Positions 32,186 to 42,849 of a stretch of DNA of 64,000 nt are shown here, piece by piece; the stretch's first letter is position 1, and each line of letters begins with the position of its first letter. Source of the stretch: an uncultured Thermoleophilia bacterium (GTDB lineage Bacteria; Actinomycetota; Thermoleophilia; UBA2241); the NCBI GenBank assembly GCA_963702475.1, contig CAVPCT010000003.1, forward strand, positions 288,001 through 352,000, written 5' to 3'. Under the pieces are notes generated by a model. It was not told the origin of the DNA and did no database searches. It saw only the letters and a list, made by a program, of their open reading frames with translations. A program made the position numbers and the translations under genes.

Positions 32186-32230
32186 CCCCACCCCGTCAGT
32201 GACCATTCGGGAACTCACAAGGAGGGCGCC

Positions 32231-32620
32231 ATGCCCAAGTCAGTCGCGGAGATGGTCGGCGAGGCCAGGGCCATGATCGCGGTTGTCTCGCCGCAGGACG
32301 CCAAGGCCGAGTCGGACGCGGGCGCCGTCGTCTTCCTGGACGTCCGCGAGCCCGTGGAGTGGGAGCACCACGTCACCGGTGCCCTCCAGGTGCCGCGCGG
32401 CCTGCTCGAGTTCGCCGCCGACCCCGCCAGTCCCAGTCACAAGGGAGGGTTGGAGCCCGACGCCAGGGTGATCGTCTACTGCCGCTCCGGCACACGCGCC
32501 GCCCTCGCCACCGCCACGCTCGTGACGCTCGGCTACTCCAACGTCGCCAACCTCGAGGGCGGCTTCAACGCGTGGAAGGAAGCGGGCCTGCCTGTGACCG
32601 AGCACCACGAGGCGTACTGA
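32231..32620 (+). CDS. Rhodanese-like domain protein
   Basis: LDVREPVEW, VPRGLLEF, VYCRSGTRA, LEGGFNAW. Confidence 0.9.
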   Translation: MPKSVAEMVGEARAMIAVVSPQDAKAESDAGAVVFLDVREPVEWEHHVTGALQVPRGLLEFAADPASPSHKGGLEPDARVIVYCRSGTRAALATATLVTLGYSNVANLEGGFNAWKEAGLPVTEHHEAY

Positions 32621-32622
32621 CC

Positions 32623-33504
32623 GTGACGATCCAGGAGCCTGTCGATCATCCACCGCTGGCGGGTCTGACGTTCGTCGTCGCCAGCATGCTGGGGACGGGT
32701 CTGAGCCTGACGGTGTCGCAGATCCTCCAGCCTCTGAAGAACGCACGCCTCGTGATCCTGGCGCTTGTCGCCAACTTCGTGCTGGTACCGCTGGTCGCCT
32801 ATGGGATCACGCTCGTCATCCCGTTGGACGAACCGCTCAAGATAGGCCTCATCGTGCTGGCCACCGCGGCCGGCGCGCCGTTCCTGGTCAAGGAGGTGCA
32901 GGCAGCGAAGGGCGAGCTCTCCGTCGGCGTCGGGCTGATGTTCCTGCTGATGATCGTGACCATCCTCTACGTGCCGCTCGTCCTGCCCCTGCTGCTTCCC
33001 GGCGTCGACGTGGCCGCCGGAGATATCGCCAAGTCCCTGATCGTCACGATGCTCATCCCCCTCGCGCTCGGTCTCCTGTTCCGGTCGCACTCCGCAGAGG
33101 GCGCCGCGCGCTGGGCGCCGGTCATGAACAAGCTGTCCGGCATCGCCCTGCTCCTCATGCTCGTGATGGGCCTGGGCCTCAACATCTCCAGCATCATCGA
33201 CCTGATCGGCTCGTACGGCTTCCTGGCGCTCGTCCTCTTCGTCGTCGCCTCCCTCGCGATCGGCTTCGCCTGCGGAGGGCGGGAAGCGGCCACCCGCAGC
33301 GTGCTGGGGCTGGGCACGGCCCAGCGTAACGTGGCGGCCGCGATCCTCGTGGCGAGCCTGAACTTCGGCGGCACCGCGACGCTGCCCTACATCCTCGTGG
33401 CCTCCATCGTGCTGCCACTGATCCTGCTCCCGGCCGCCAAGGTGCTGGGGAGGCGCAGCGCCGCGATGGCCGGCGAGCAAGGAGAGGGACCTGAGCATGG
33501 CTGA
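32623..33504 (+). CDS. Bile acid:sodium symporter (BASS) family protein
   Basis: ANFVLVP, AAGAPF, GTAQRNVAAA; start uncertain. Confidence 0.8.
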   Translation: MTIQEPVDHPPLAGLTFVVASMLGTGLSLTVSQILQPLKNARLVILALVANFVLVPLVAYGITLVIPLDEPLKIGLIVLATAAGAPFLVKEVQAAKGELSVGVGLMFLLMIVTILYVPLVLPLLLPGVDVAAGDIAKSLIVTMLIPLALGLLFRSHSAEGAARWAPVMNKLSGIALLLMLVMGLGLNISSIIDLIGSYGFLALVLFVVASLAIGFACGGREAATRSVLGLGTAQRNVAAAILVASLNFGGTATLPYILVASIVLPLILLPAAKVLGRRSAAMAGEQGEGPEHG

Positions 33505-34669
33505 GACAGAACGCGTCAGCACCACCGTGCCGCTGGACTGGAACGAGGTGTGGTTCACCAACTGCCCCATGGTGTCCGCCAACAACGTGGACCAGGAGCT
33601 GGGCTGGTGCCGCGAGGAGTTCAAGAAGATCGGCGTCGAGTACGCCTACTTCCGCCACGCCCCCGAGAACAACTGGTACCCGCACTACATCCACAACCTC
33701 GACAACCTCATCCGCTTCGGCGGCCTCTACCCGCCGATCCACGTCAACGCCGACATCCGCCGCACCGTGCTCCTCGGCGCGACCTGGGTCTACGAGGGCG
33801 GCTGCATGGCGGTGCGCGCCCGCGACAAGGTCTTCCGGATGCAGGACCTGAAGGGCAAGAAGATCGGCATCACCAAGAGCCTGAACACCATCAAGAACGA
33901 CTGGTGGCGGATCCAGGAGCACATGGGCATCGAGAACATGCTCATGCTCCACGACATGACCATGGACGACATCGAGCTCGTCGAGTTCCCGTACCCCGAC
34001 GACTGGTACGACAAGCCCGAGATGCTGCCGTGCGCCGATGAACAACCCGTCCGAGCTGTGGATGCGCCGTGACCACAAGCACGACTACGCCTTCCGCCCG
34101 CTGGAGAAGGCGCTCGTCGCCGGCACGGTCGATGCCATCTACACCCAGAGCAAGGTCTTCCAGCACACTCCAGGAGGCCACCGGGCAGATCAAGATCGAT
34201 CGAGGACCTGTCCAAGCTCCCGGACTGGACGCATCCAGGTCGCCAACACCCCCGCCGTCATCACCTGCACCGACGTGATGGCGAACGAGCACCCCGAGCT
34301 CGTCATCGCCTACATGAAGGCCATGATCAAGGTCGGGCGCTGGGCGAACGAGAACAAGCACGCCGCCGGCGCAGATCCTCAACCGGCAGACGTTCTACCT
34401 CGACGCCGAGGACACCTACCAGGGCATCAAGGACGTCGACATGGTGCCCAGCCTGAGCGCGCGGAACCTGGAGTGCGTCAAGATCGGCAAGGACTTCATG
34501 GTCAGCCACGGCTACATCAAGCACGACTTCGACGTGGACGCGTGGGCCCGCCCGGAGTTCCTCGAGCAGGCGGCCGAGGAAGTCCTCAAGGAGGAGTGGG
34601 CAGCGCCGGAGCTGGAGCAAGCTGCCCCAGGGCGGCGGGCTCGAGGTGGAGGGCATGCGGCTCGGGTAG
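33497..34669 (+). CDS. DszB/SsuA-fold protein (desulfinase-like), several frameshifts
   Basis: FTNCP, HYIH...IRFGGLYPP, DLKGKKIG; later frames give ANTPAVIT, KDFMVSHGYIKHDFDVDAW; no signal peptide. Confidence 0.7.
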
Positions 34670-34754
34670 GCAGCGGTCGCCGCACCACGTGGCGGGCCGG
34701 ACCGCGTCCAAGGTCCGGCCGCCCGCGCTTCGAGGACCGAGTGAGGAGACGAGG

Positions 34755-35632
34755 ATGACCGCGACTGTCGAGAGAGCGACACGCGCATGCAGCGACTCGG
34801 CTACCGGGCGCCGGACCGATGTCCCCGAGCCGGAGGAGCTCGTGCTCGGTCGAGTACGTCTCCGGTGGGCAGGATGCGCGATCGTCACCCTCAACCGGCC
34901 GCACGCCGACAACGCGGTCACGACGGAGCTCGCCGCTCAGCTGATCGAGATCCTCGAGACCATCGACGCCCGCGCCTCCGTGCGCGTCGCCATCCTGACC
35001 GAGTGCCGGTGACCGGGCCTTCTCGGTCGGCGGCGACCTGTACCAGCGCAAGCAGATGACCAAGGAGCAGTGGCTGCGCCAGCGCCAGGTCTTCGACCGG
35101 GTGCTGCTACAACGCTGCGGCAGCTGCGCCGGCCGATCATCGCCGCGGTCCACGGCATGGCCTACGGCGGTGGCTGCGAGATGGCCATCAGCATGCGACT
35201 TCATCATCGCGTCCGACGATGCCGTCTTCGGCCAGCCCGAGGCGATGGTCGGCCTGTCCGCCGGCGGTGGCTCCCCGGTCTTCCTGCCCCGGCTCCTCCC
35301 TCCGGGCAGGGCCATGCAGATGCTGATGACCGGAGATCCGATCACGGCCCAGGAGGCCTACCGCCTGGGCATGGTCAACGAGCTCCACCCGCGGGCCGAG
35401 CTGATGGACGCGGTCGTGGCCATCGCGGAGCAGGATCGCGCGCCAACTCGCCGACCGCCGTGCAGGCGGTCAAGCGGGCGGTCAGTCATGGGCCAGGGCG
35501 AGCCGGTCGAGCAGGCGATCGCGATCATGATGGAGTCAGCACTGGCGCTCCGTGGTCCATCCCGACCGCGTCGAGGGCATCAAGGCCTACACCGAGGGTC
35601 GCGAGCCGGTGTTCCCGGACCCGGACTTCTGA
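34755..35632 (+). CDS. Enoyl-CoA hydratase/isomerase, several frameshifts
   Basis: VTLNRP..NA, FSVGGDL, IAAVHGMAYGGGCE, FGQPE, TGDPITAQEAYRLGMVN. Confidence 0.8.
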
Positions 35633-35691
35633 GCTGGAGCAAGCTGCCGCACGGCGGCGGGCTTGAGGTCGAGGGCGTCAGGCTGGGATAG
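35631..35691 (+). repeat. 61-bp remnant paralogous to the 3' end of the DszB-like gene (34609-34669)
   Basis: SWSKLPHGGGLEVEGVRLG* vs SWSKLPQGGGLEVEGMRLG*; 9 mismatches, mostly synonymous. Confidence 0.8.
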
Positions 35692-35733
35692 TCGGGGGAT
35701 CTGTCTGCCGATAGCTCAGAGAACGGAGAGCTG

Positions 35734-36200
35734 ATGAACGACGAAGTCATGGACGAGCTGGGGCCGATCGACTATCTGATCGTCGAGTTCCCGGCCGGCA
35801 AGGCCGACTTCTCCGGCGCGATGGCGGAGAAGCTGAAGGGGCTGGTCGAGGCGGGCATCGTGCGCGTGCTCGACCTGCTCATCATCACCAAGGACGAGGG
35901 CGGCGAGGTCGACGCCTTCGAGCTGCACGAGTTCGAGGACGGAGGCGCCGGCGCACTCCGTGAGATCGGCGCCGAGTTCGCGCAGCTGCTCTCGGAGGAA
36001 GACGTCGCCCACATCGCCGCGGCGCTCGAGCCCGGTACGGTGGCCGCGGCGCTCGTCTGGGAGAACACTTGGGCCGCGCCGTTCGCGGCCTCGATCGCAA
36101 GTCCTGCGGCCGGCTGGTCGGCAGCGGTCGCATCCCCGTGAAGGCGATCCTCGCCGCCGCCGAGGCGGGCGCGGATGCTGCATCGAAGGAAGGAGCTTGA
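35734..36200 (+). CDS. DUF6325-family protein, frameshifted near 36100
   Basis: LGPIDYLIVEFP...VRVLDLL...LVWENTWAAPF...SGRIP. Confidence 0.8.
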
Positions 36201-36201
36201 G

Positions 36202-36393
36202 ATGCCTCTAGGACCAGGACGCAGAGGACCGGGCGTGATCGGGCACCCGGTAGTGCGCACGGCCGCCGTGGTCGCCGTCGTCACCCCCGGGCGCGGCGCG
36301 CCCGGGCCCGGCATGAGGCCGGGGCGCGTCGGCGCGCCGGGCATAGGCGTCAGGCCCGGCCCGGGACCGGGGCGACTCGGCCCGGGACGCTGA
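36202..36393 (+). CDS. Small Gly/Pro/Arg-rich protein
   Basis: AAGGAG RBS; MPLGPGRRGPGVIGHPVVRTAAVVAVV... Confidence 0.55.
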   Translation: MPLGPGRRGPGVIGHPVVRTAAVVAVVTPGRGAPGPGMRPGRVGAPGIGVRPGPGPGRLGPGR

Positions 36394-36507
36394 GCCGACC
36401 GACGGCGGACGGGCGGCGAGCCGGGAGCGGGAGCCCCGAGCGTGACCTTGGGCGGGGACGGGAGCGCGGTCTCTCATCCCCGCCCACTCTGCGTTTCGAC
36501 GCCGTCC

Positions 36508-37205
36508 TCAGCCTGCGTCCACGTCCGCCGCCGGCCTGCCGCCGCCGAGATGTGCCACCAGGATGTAGACGCTCACCATGAGCACCCACGCCGGGAAGAT
36601 CTGGATGATCCAGAAGGCCGACGTGAAGACGAACAGCAGGACGAGCGCCACGGCGTAGGTCAGGAACGCCATCCACCTCGGCATCACGCCGGTACGCAGC
36701 CACAGCGTCGCCTGAGAGAGCAGGAAGACGGCGGCCATCCTCAGGGCGTAGACAGCGAAGATCTGCGCCACGACCTCCCGGCCGTAGAGGAACGTGCTGC
36801 TGGCCGCGAACGTCCCGGGCGACTTGGCATAGGCGGCCGCGAGGGCGCCCGCCGACGCGGCGGCCGCGAACACCATCGCCAGGAAGAGCAGCCCGCTGCC
36901 GAGGAAGACGGTGGAGAAGAACTGGTCCTCGAAGCGTCCCAACGCTCCCGCGCCACGGCGATGAACCAGAGGAAGAAGAGTCCGGCGAAGGGGATGAGCG
37001 CCAGCGCGAACTTGAACGCTCCAGAGTCGGCCGCCAGCCAGTCGCCCGTGTCCGTCGCGGCGTCGGCCACGGTGTGATCCAGGATCATCACGCTGAAGCT
37101 GAAGAGCACGGCGAAGAGGATGCCGGCGATGGCGCCGGCTATGGGCGTCGCCGCCCGCCGCGGGACCTTCGTGATGGTGGGGCGACCTGACGCAGTGGGA
37201 TTCAT
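36508..37205 (-). CDS. Membrane protein, paralog of 43686-44408, frameshifted near 36945
   Basis: AGAIAGILFAVL, PFAGLFFLWF, EDQFFSTVFLGSGL. Confidence 0.7.
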
Positions 37206-37240
37206 GTCGATCCTCTCTGACGTGAGGAGCATCGGCCGCC

Positions 37241-38540
37241 TCACTTCGGCTGATCGTCCGTGCGAGGCTGGTCGAGACCGCCGGCTCCCAGATGGCGGCG
37301 CTGGCGTGGCATCGTCGCTGCCACAGCCTCCGCCGCTTTCGGGTGCCTCTCGGTACGGCCCTCGTACCAGCGATGATAGACGCTCACCAGCGGCGCCGAG
37401 GTGAGGCCGTGGAGCACGACACTGAGCGCGACGGTGACGATGACCGCGGTGAGAAGCGTCTCCCCCTGCGGTACCCCTCGTTCGATGACGAGCAGGCCGA
37501 ACACGACCGAGGCGAGGCCACGTGGTCCGAACCAGCCTATGAAGGCCACGGTGGGCGCCCGGACTCCCTTGCCCAGCAGAGCGATCGCGACCGGGAGCAT
37601 GCGCACCAGCGTGAGGCTGAGCGCCGCGTACAGGACGACCTGCCAGGTGATGTGCGGGATCGCCCAGGCGATCGCGGCGGCGCCGAAGCCGATCCAGGTC
37701 ACGGCCGCGAGCACTCCGCCCGTCTCTCGGTGAACAGCGTCGATTCCGAACCCTGTTCGCCGGAGAAGCGGCCGAACGCCATGCCGCCCACGAAGGCGGC
37801 GATGAAGACGCTGCCACCGAGCCCCAGTGCGATGGCGAAGGCCAGCAGCGCGGCGGCGAGCGGGAGGATCTGCCGCCACTCGCTTCCGGTCCAGCCGCGC
37901 TGGCCGGCGACCCGCAGGAGCAGGCCGCCCAGCACGCCGGCGATCACGCCGGCCAGGAGCCCCCATCCGATCTGCGCCGCAGCGTTGCTGACCACGGCCC
38001 AGGTGATACCCGTCGTGAGCTCGGTGTTCGCGAGATCGAGCGCGACGAGGAAGAAGGGCACGGCGAGGCCGTCGTTGAGACCGCTCTCCACGTCCAGGGC
38101 CTGCCGCACGCGCGCCGGCACGGACGTGTCGGTGACGACGCGCTGGCCGAGGGCCGCGTCGGTCGAGCAGAGCATCGTGGAGAGGAGGAAGACTGAGGTG
38201 AGTGCCATGCCGGGGAACGTGAGGACCCCCACGCCGAAACCGGCGAGCACGTTCAGCGGCTAACGGCTGAGCAGCAGGCGCTCGGCCTGCCAGCTCGATG
38301 ACGCAGGGCGCCCAGGTCCAGTCGGGCCGCGTCGCTGAACAGCAGGAGGACGAGCGTCACCTCCGTGAACCTCGGCCACGGCGCTCTCGAGCGAGACGTC
38401 GATCAGTCCGAGAACGTACGCCCCGGCGACGAAGCCGGCGGCCACGAAGACCAGGGCCGAGGTGATGCGCGCCGGTCGAGCGGCCGCGAGAACGCGCTCC
38501 ACGCAAGGACCAGGACGGCGATGATCGCCAGTGTCATCAT
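37241..38540 (-). CDS. CPA1/NhaP-like cation:proton antiporter, several frameshifts
   Basis: TDAALG, ESGLNDG, FIAAFVGG, LVRMLPV, WFGPRGLAS. Confidence 0.85.
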
Positions 38541-39780
38541 GCCGCAGGGCTCCTGTCAGGTGTTGGCTGCTCGAGCAGAGCCGCGAGACGGTCCCTGCGC
38601 AGATGAAGCGGTGGCCGGCGGGTGGCCGGGGCCAGGTCGCCCAGGTCGTTCAGCAGGCGCTCGAGGCGCCGCCGCACCTGCGCGTGGCCGGCGCCCATGT
38701 CGATGAGCTCATCGAAGGACAGCGAGACATAGTCGTCCCAGCGCGGGAGCGGAAGGAGTACGCGCGCCCGGCCGCGGGGCCCATCACCCCGACGTCGAGG
38801 TCGCGCCCGACCAGCGCTCGCAGCAGGCTCTCCACGTTGTCGAGGACCTGCGTGGCCGTGGTCGGATCGTTTACGGCCGGGACAGGGCGCGCAGCGCGAT
38901 GTCGACGAGCACACGAAAGGCCAGCGCGGGGTCCTGTTCGAAGGTCCGCTCCGCGCCGGTCCGGATCGCCTTCACGACCACCGAGTCCAGCGACGAGGCG
39001 GCCGCCCCATGGACGACGGCGATCGGGGTGTGCGCATGCACCATCTCCCCGATGGGGACGACGATCTCGACCGCGGCGTCCGCTTCTTGCGCGGCGGCGA
39101 TGATCCCGGGACATCGATCGCCTGGATGATGCCGGGCCTCTGGTCCAGAGCAGCTCGCGCCGGCCATCGGGAAGGGCGCGCCGTCCCCGGTCGGGTCGGC
39201 CTCGCTCAGCGGCCTGTCCGGATACACGCCGTCGAGGACCTGACGCCCGCGGCTCGTGACTGGACGAGCGTCGAGGCGAGCTGGACAGAGCTGAACGCGC
39301 GCATCTGCAGGCTGCGAAAGAGGGCGATCGCCGCGAGCAGGAGGACGACGATCACGATCGGGATGAGACCTGTGACTTCCTCGTCGCACCCGTGCTGAAG
39401 GCGGCGACGAACGAGAAGACGAGTACGCCGGTGTAGAACCCGAATGCGTGCCAGACTATCGGCGCCGTGTAGAACAGGTTGAGCCGCGGGGTGAACGTGG
39501 TCGAACCGAACTGCACGACCAGGAACAGCAGCGAGAAGATGACCCCGATGAAGGTGAGAAGGCCGGCCCCAACGGCCAGCAGCACCTGGACGGTCTCGAC
39601 GCGGGGCACCGTGAAGCCCACGGGGATCTGCGCTATGACCAGTCCCAGGAAGACGCCGGCGAGCACGTAGAAGAGCTGGGTGATGCCGACGCGCAGACGC
39701 CGGCGCCGCCGGAGCCCTCGGCCAAGCTTCCGTATGGGCCTGGTGTCCGCGTACGCGCTACCGGTGCGCCCTGTCTCCAC
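38537..39780 (-). CDS. DUF2254-family membrane protein, several frameshifts
   Basis: LVVQFGSTTFTPRL, ERTFEQDP, LVDIALRALSP, NDPTTA. Confidence 0.75.
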
Positions 39781-39869
39781 GTCACCCTCCTCGGCAACTC
39801 GCGGTCCTGAGCCGAGGCCTTCGATTGCTCCCGCGGGGATGCCGGTCGGCGCCCCGGCGGCTCCATCCG

Positions 39870-40048
39870 AGCCTAGTAGGTATGCGAGCCGCTGTGACCT
39901 CGTGAAACTACGTGCCCGTTTCGGCTGCGTCCGCGGGCAGAAGCGGAGGTCAGATCAGACGCGTCGGCGCGACGCGACACCCCGTAGTTCCCGAGACGCC
40001 GTCCTCGTAGTTTCCCGAGGTCACAGCCATTCCCGTTCACACTAGCCT
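39870..40048. promoter_or_regulatory. Divergent regulon promoters P6 (minus) and P7 (plus)
   Basis: P6: box 39899-39914, GTCACA, 17 bp, TAGGCT. P7: boxes 39981 and 40004-40019, GTCACA, 17 bp, TAGCCT. Confidence 0.8.
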
Positions 40049-40095
40049 CCACTCAGACATACGTCGTGAAGCCCAGACCACAGAACGGAGAGCGC

Positions 40096-40386
40096 ATGTG
40101 CTGTTTCGTCACCGTGTTCGTCCTGCTCGGCCCGCGCGCTGGCGTGGTCGTGTGGTGGCTCGTGGACCCCGCCCGCTGGCAACTCGCGTTCAGCAGTTGG
40201 CTCTGGCCGGTGATCGGCTTCTTCATCGCGCCGTGGACGACCATGGCCTGGGTGGCCGTGGCGCCGGGCGGCGTGAACGGACTCGACTGGCTGTGGGTCG
40301 GGCTCGCCGTCTTCCTTGACGTCGCCTCCTGGAGCGGCGGTGCCTACGGCAACCGTGGCCGCATCTCCGGCTCTCAGGCTGCCTGA
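40096..40386 (+). CDS. Small membrane protein
   Basis: MCCFVTVFVLLGPR...WPVIGFFIAPWTT; GGAG RBS. Confidence 0.7.
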   Translation: MCCFVTVFVLLGPRAGVVVWWLVDPARWQLAFSSWLWPVIGFFIAPWTTMAWVAVAPGGVNGLDWLWVGLAVFLDVASWSGGAYGNRGRISGSQAA

Positions 40387-40521
40387 GCAGGGGTACCAGC
40401 GAGCGGACCAAGGAACGGGCCCGGGAGGGGCAGGCACGACCCCCCGCCTCCCCTCCCGGGACCCCTCTGAGAGACCAACGACAGCGACATGCGCTGCGGC
40501 GTTGCGAAAGGAGGCTGACCG

Positions 40522-40989
40522 ATGAGCCAGCCATCAGCAGAAGACCTGGGCCCCGTCGACTACCTCGTCGTCGAGTTCCCCCGCGACCGCGCCAACTTCT
40601 CCGGCGAGGTGAAGGCCGAACTCGCCGCGCTCGTGCAGACCGGTACCGTGCGCGTGCTCGACCTGCTCTTCCTCAAGAAGCACGCGGACGGCACGTTCGA
40701 GGGTTTCGAGAAGCACGACTTCGACGATCCCGATGCGGCCGCCCTCAGCGACCTTGCCGACCAGGTCCAGGAGATCCTCACCGAAGAGGACCTTGCCAAC
40801 ATCGCCGGCGCCCTCGAGCCCGAGACCATCGCCGCCGTGCTCGTCTGGGAGAACGCGTGGGCGGCGCCGTTCGCAGGCGCCCTGCGCCGCGCCGGCGGCC
40901 AGCTCGTGGCCACCGGCCGCATCCCCATCCAGGCCATCCTCGCCGCCGCCGAAGAGGCGGAGGAGCGAGCGCAGACGGACGGGGAGTGA
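40522..40989 (+). CDS. DUF6325-family protein
   Basis: LGPVDYLVVEFP...WENAWAAPF...TGRIP. Confidence 0.8.
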   Translation: MSQPSAEDLGPVDYLVVEFPRDRANFSGEVKAELAALVQTGTVRVLDLLFLKKHADGTFEGFEKHDFDDPDAAALSDLADQVQEILTEEDLANIAGALEPETIAAVLVWENAWAAPFAGALRRAGGQLVATGRIPIQAILAAAEEAEERAQTDGE

Positions 40990-41135
40990 CGCACGGCCGG
41001 AGACACCGTCTCCGTGCCAGAGAGAAGCGGAGGACAGGACGCAGAAGGCGTCCGCCGTGAGCGGAGGCTGAGTCGCAGTGGGCGAGTGTGCGGCGGTCGT
41101 GACCGCCGCGTCAGTAGAAGACATGAGGAGGGGAT

Positions 41136-41516
41136 TTGAGTAACAGAGGCACAGAGGTCGGAGGCTCCAACTGGAGCATGTTCGCCGGGGTCTTTCTGGC
41201 GATCGCCGGCCTGTTCAACGCCCTGGACGGCCTGGTGGCCCTCGTCCAGAAGGAGTACTTCAACGAGGGCGCCCTGGTGTACCAGAACATGCAGGTGTGG
41301 GGCTGGGTGTTCCTCATCGTCGGCATCGTGCAGCTCGTCGTGGGCTGGCAGGTCATCAGCCGCGCCGCATGGGCGCGCTGGGTCGGCGTGGTCATCGCCA
41401 TCGTCAGCATGATGATCGCCTTCTTCGCCATCGGGGCGTACCCGTGGTGGGCGCTGCTCATCATCGTGATCGACGCCATCGTCGTGTGGGGCCTCACGGC
41501 CCGTTGGGAGAGCTGA
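41136..41516 (+). CDS. Four-TM membrane protein (DUF7144-like)
   Basis: FAGVFLAIAGLFN, WGWVFLIVG, WARWVGV, YPWWALLII. Confidence 0.75.
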   Translation: MSNRGTEVGGSNWSMFAGVFLAIAGLFNALDGLVALVQKEYFNEGALVYQNMQVWGWVFLIVGIVQLVVGWQVISRAAWARWVGVVIAIVSMMIAFFAIGAYPWWALLIIVIDAIVVWGLTARWES

Positions 41517-41520
41517 ACCT

Positions 41521-42042
41521 ATGAGCGAGATGATGGTCCTGGGCTTCGAGAACGAGATGGAGGCCGACCGCTTCGGCCTCAAGCTCGCGGAGCTGCAGAA
41601 GGACATGATCGTGCAGCTGAGCGACGCCGCCGAGGTCGTGCGCGACGCCGACGGCAAACCGCACGTGAAGAGCGGCGACCACCTGGTCGGCGCGGGCGCC
41701 ATGGGCGGCGCCTTCTGGGGCATGCTCTTCGGCCTGCTCTTCTTCATGCCCTTCCTGGGCATGGCGATCGGCGCCGGCATGGGCGCGCTCTTCGGCAAGA
41801 TGGGGAAGACCGGCATCCAGCAGAAGGTGCTCGAGCAGATGGGCGACGCCATCCCGCCCGGCAAGGCCGGCTGGTTCCTCATCATCACTCAGGTGACGGA
41901 GGACAAGTTCCTGGCTGCCATCGAGGGCACGAACGCGACGCTCGTGCGCTCGAACCTCACGGCTGAGGAAGAAGAGCAGCTCAAGCACGCATTCGGTGCC
42001 AAGCACCACAAGAAGCAGACGGCGGAGAGCGAGACCGCCTGA
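41521..42042 (+). CDS. DUF1269-family membrane protein
   Basis: DAAEVVRDADGK, GAFWGMLFGLLFFMP, VTEDK, RSNL. Confidence 0.85.
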   Translation: MSEMMVLGFENEMEADRFGLKLAELQKDMIVQLSDAAEVVRDADGKPHVKSGDHLVGAGAMGGAFWGMLFGLLFFMPFLGMAIGAGMGALFGKMGKTGIQQKVLEQMGDAIPPGKAGWFLIITQVTEDKFLAAIEGTNATLVRSNLTAEEEEQLKHAFGAKHHKKQTAESETA

Positions 42043-42150
42043 GCTTCACGACCTGAGCGCGGCGGGGCGGTTCTCCCCGGCCTCCCGCCGCGCCACTCCT
42101 GTCACCTGGCTGCCGGGCGCGCCGGCGTGGACATCTGAGGAGGTGCCGCC

Positions 42151-42849
42151 GTGGCGGACACACCGGCCACACGAGGGGCGAAGAGCAAGAGTCGCCTGGA
42201 GGCGTTCAGCGACGGCGTCTTCGCCATCGCCATCACCCTGCTCGTGCTCGAGATCGCCGTCCCGGTGGCCGCAGGCGGCCACCTGTTCTCGGAGCTCCTG
42301 CACGAGCGCACGGTGTACATCGGGTACTTCATCGCGTTCATGAGCATCGGCGCGGTGTGGATCGAGCACAGCGCTCTCACCGAGGCCCTCGAGCGCGTGG
42401 ACGCCGGATTCCTGCGTCTGAACCTGCTGCTGTTGCTGCTCGTGTCCTTCCTGCCGTTCCCGGCCAGGGTGATGGAGGAGTACCTGACGCTGACCGACAC
42501 CGAGGTCGGTGGCGAGCGGACGGCCGTGGCGTTCTTCGGGCTCGTCCTCGTCCTCATGAGCCTGATGCTCATCGTCCTGGGACGCTACGCCGAGCGCGAA
42601 GGGCTCTTCGGTGGTGACCTGGCCGAGGAGCGCCGCGAGGACAACCGCCTGCGCTATCAGCTCGGTCCCGCCCTCATCGCCTACATCGCCGCCACCGCGC
42701 TCGGGCTCGTCCAGCCGTACATCGGCGTGACGCTCTACTTCCTGATCGGCGTCTACCTGCTCCTGCCGGTCCGCACCATCAAGCGGCTCCTCGGACGGGG
42801 CGGCAAGGATGCGCAGGCCGGCGACTCGACAACCGATGGGAGTGACTGA
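42151..42849 (+). CDS. TMEM175-family channel (second copy)
   Basis: RLEAFSDGVFAIAITLLVL. Confidence 0.9.
   Translation: MADTPATRGAKSKSRLEAFSDGVFAIAITLLVLEIAVPVAAGGHLFSELLHERTVYIGYFIAFMSIGAVWIEHSALTEALERVDAGFLRLNLLLLLLVSFLPFPARVMEEYLTLTDTEVGGERTAVAFFGLVLVLMSLMLIVLGRYAEREGLFGGDLAEERREDNRLRYQLGPALIAYIAATALGLVQPYIGVTLYFLIGVYLLLPVRTIKRLLGRGGKDAQAGDSTTDGSD

Noticed and set aside
33497-39780. Dense frameshifts as programmed recoding or island decay
   Set aside because: Single-base indels hit many unrelated genes across the window, with no slippery motifs and intact codon bias; sequencing error is more likely, though decay cannot be excluded.
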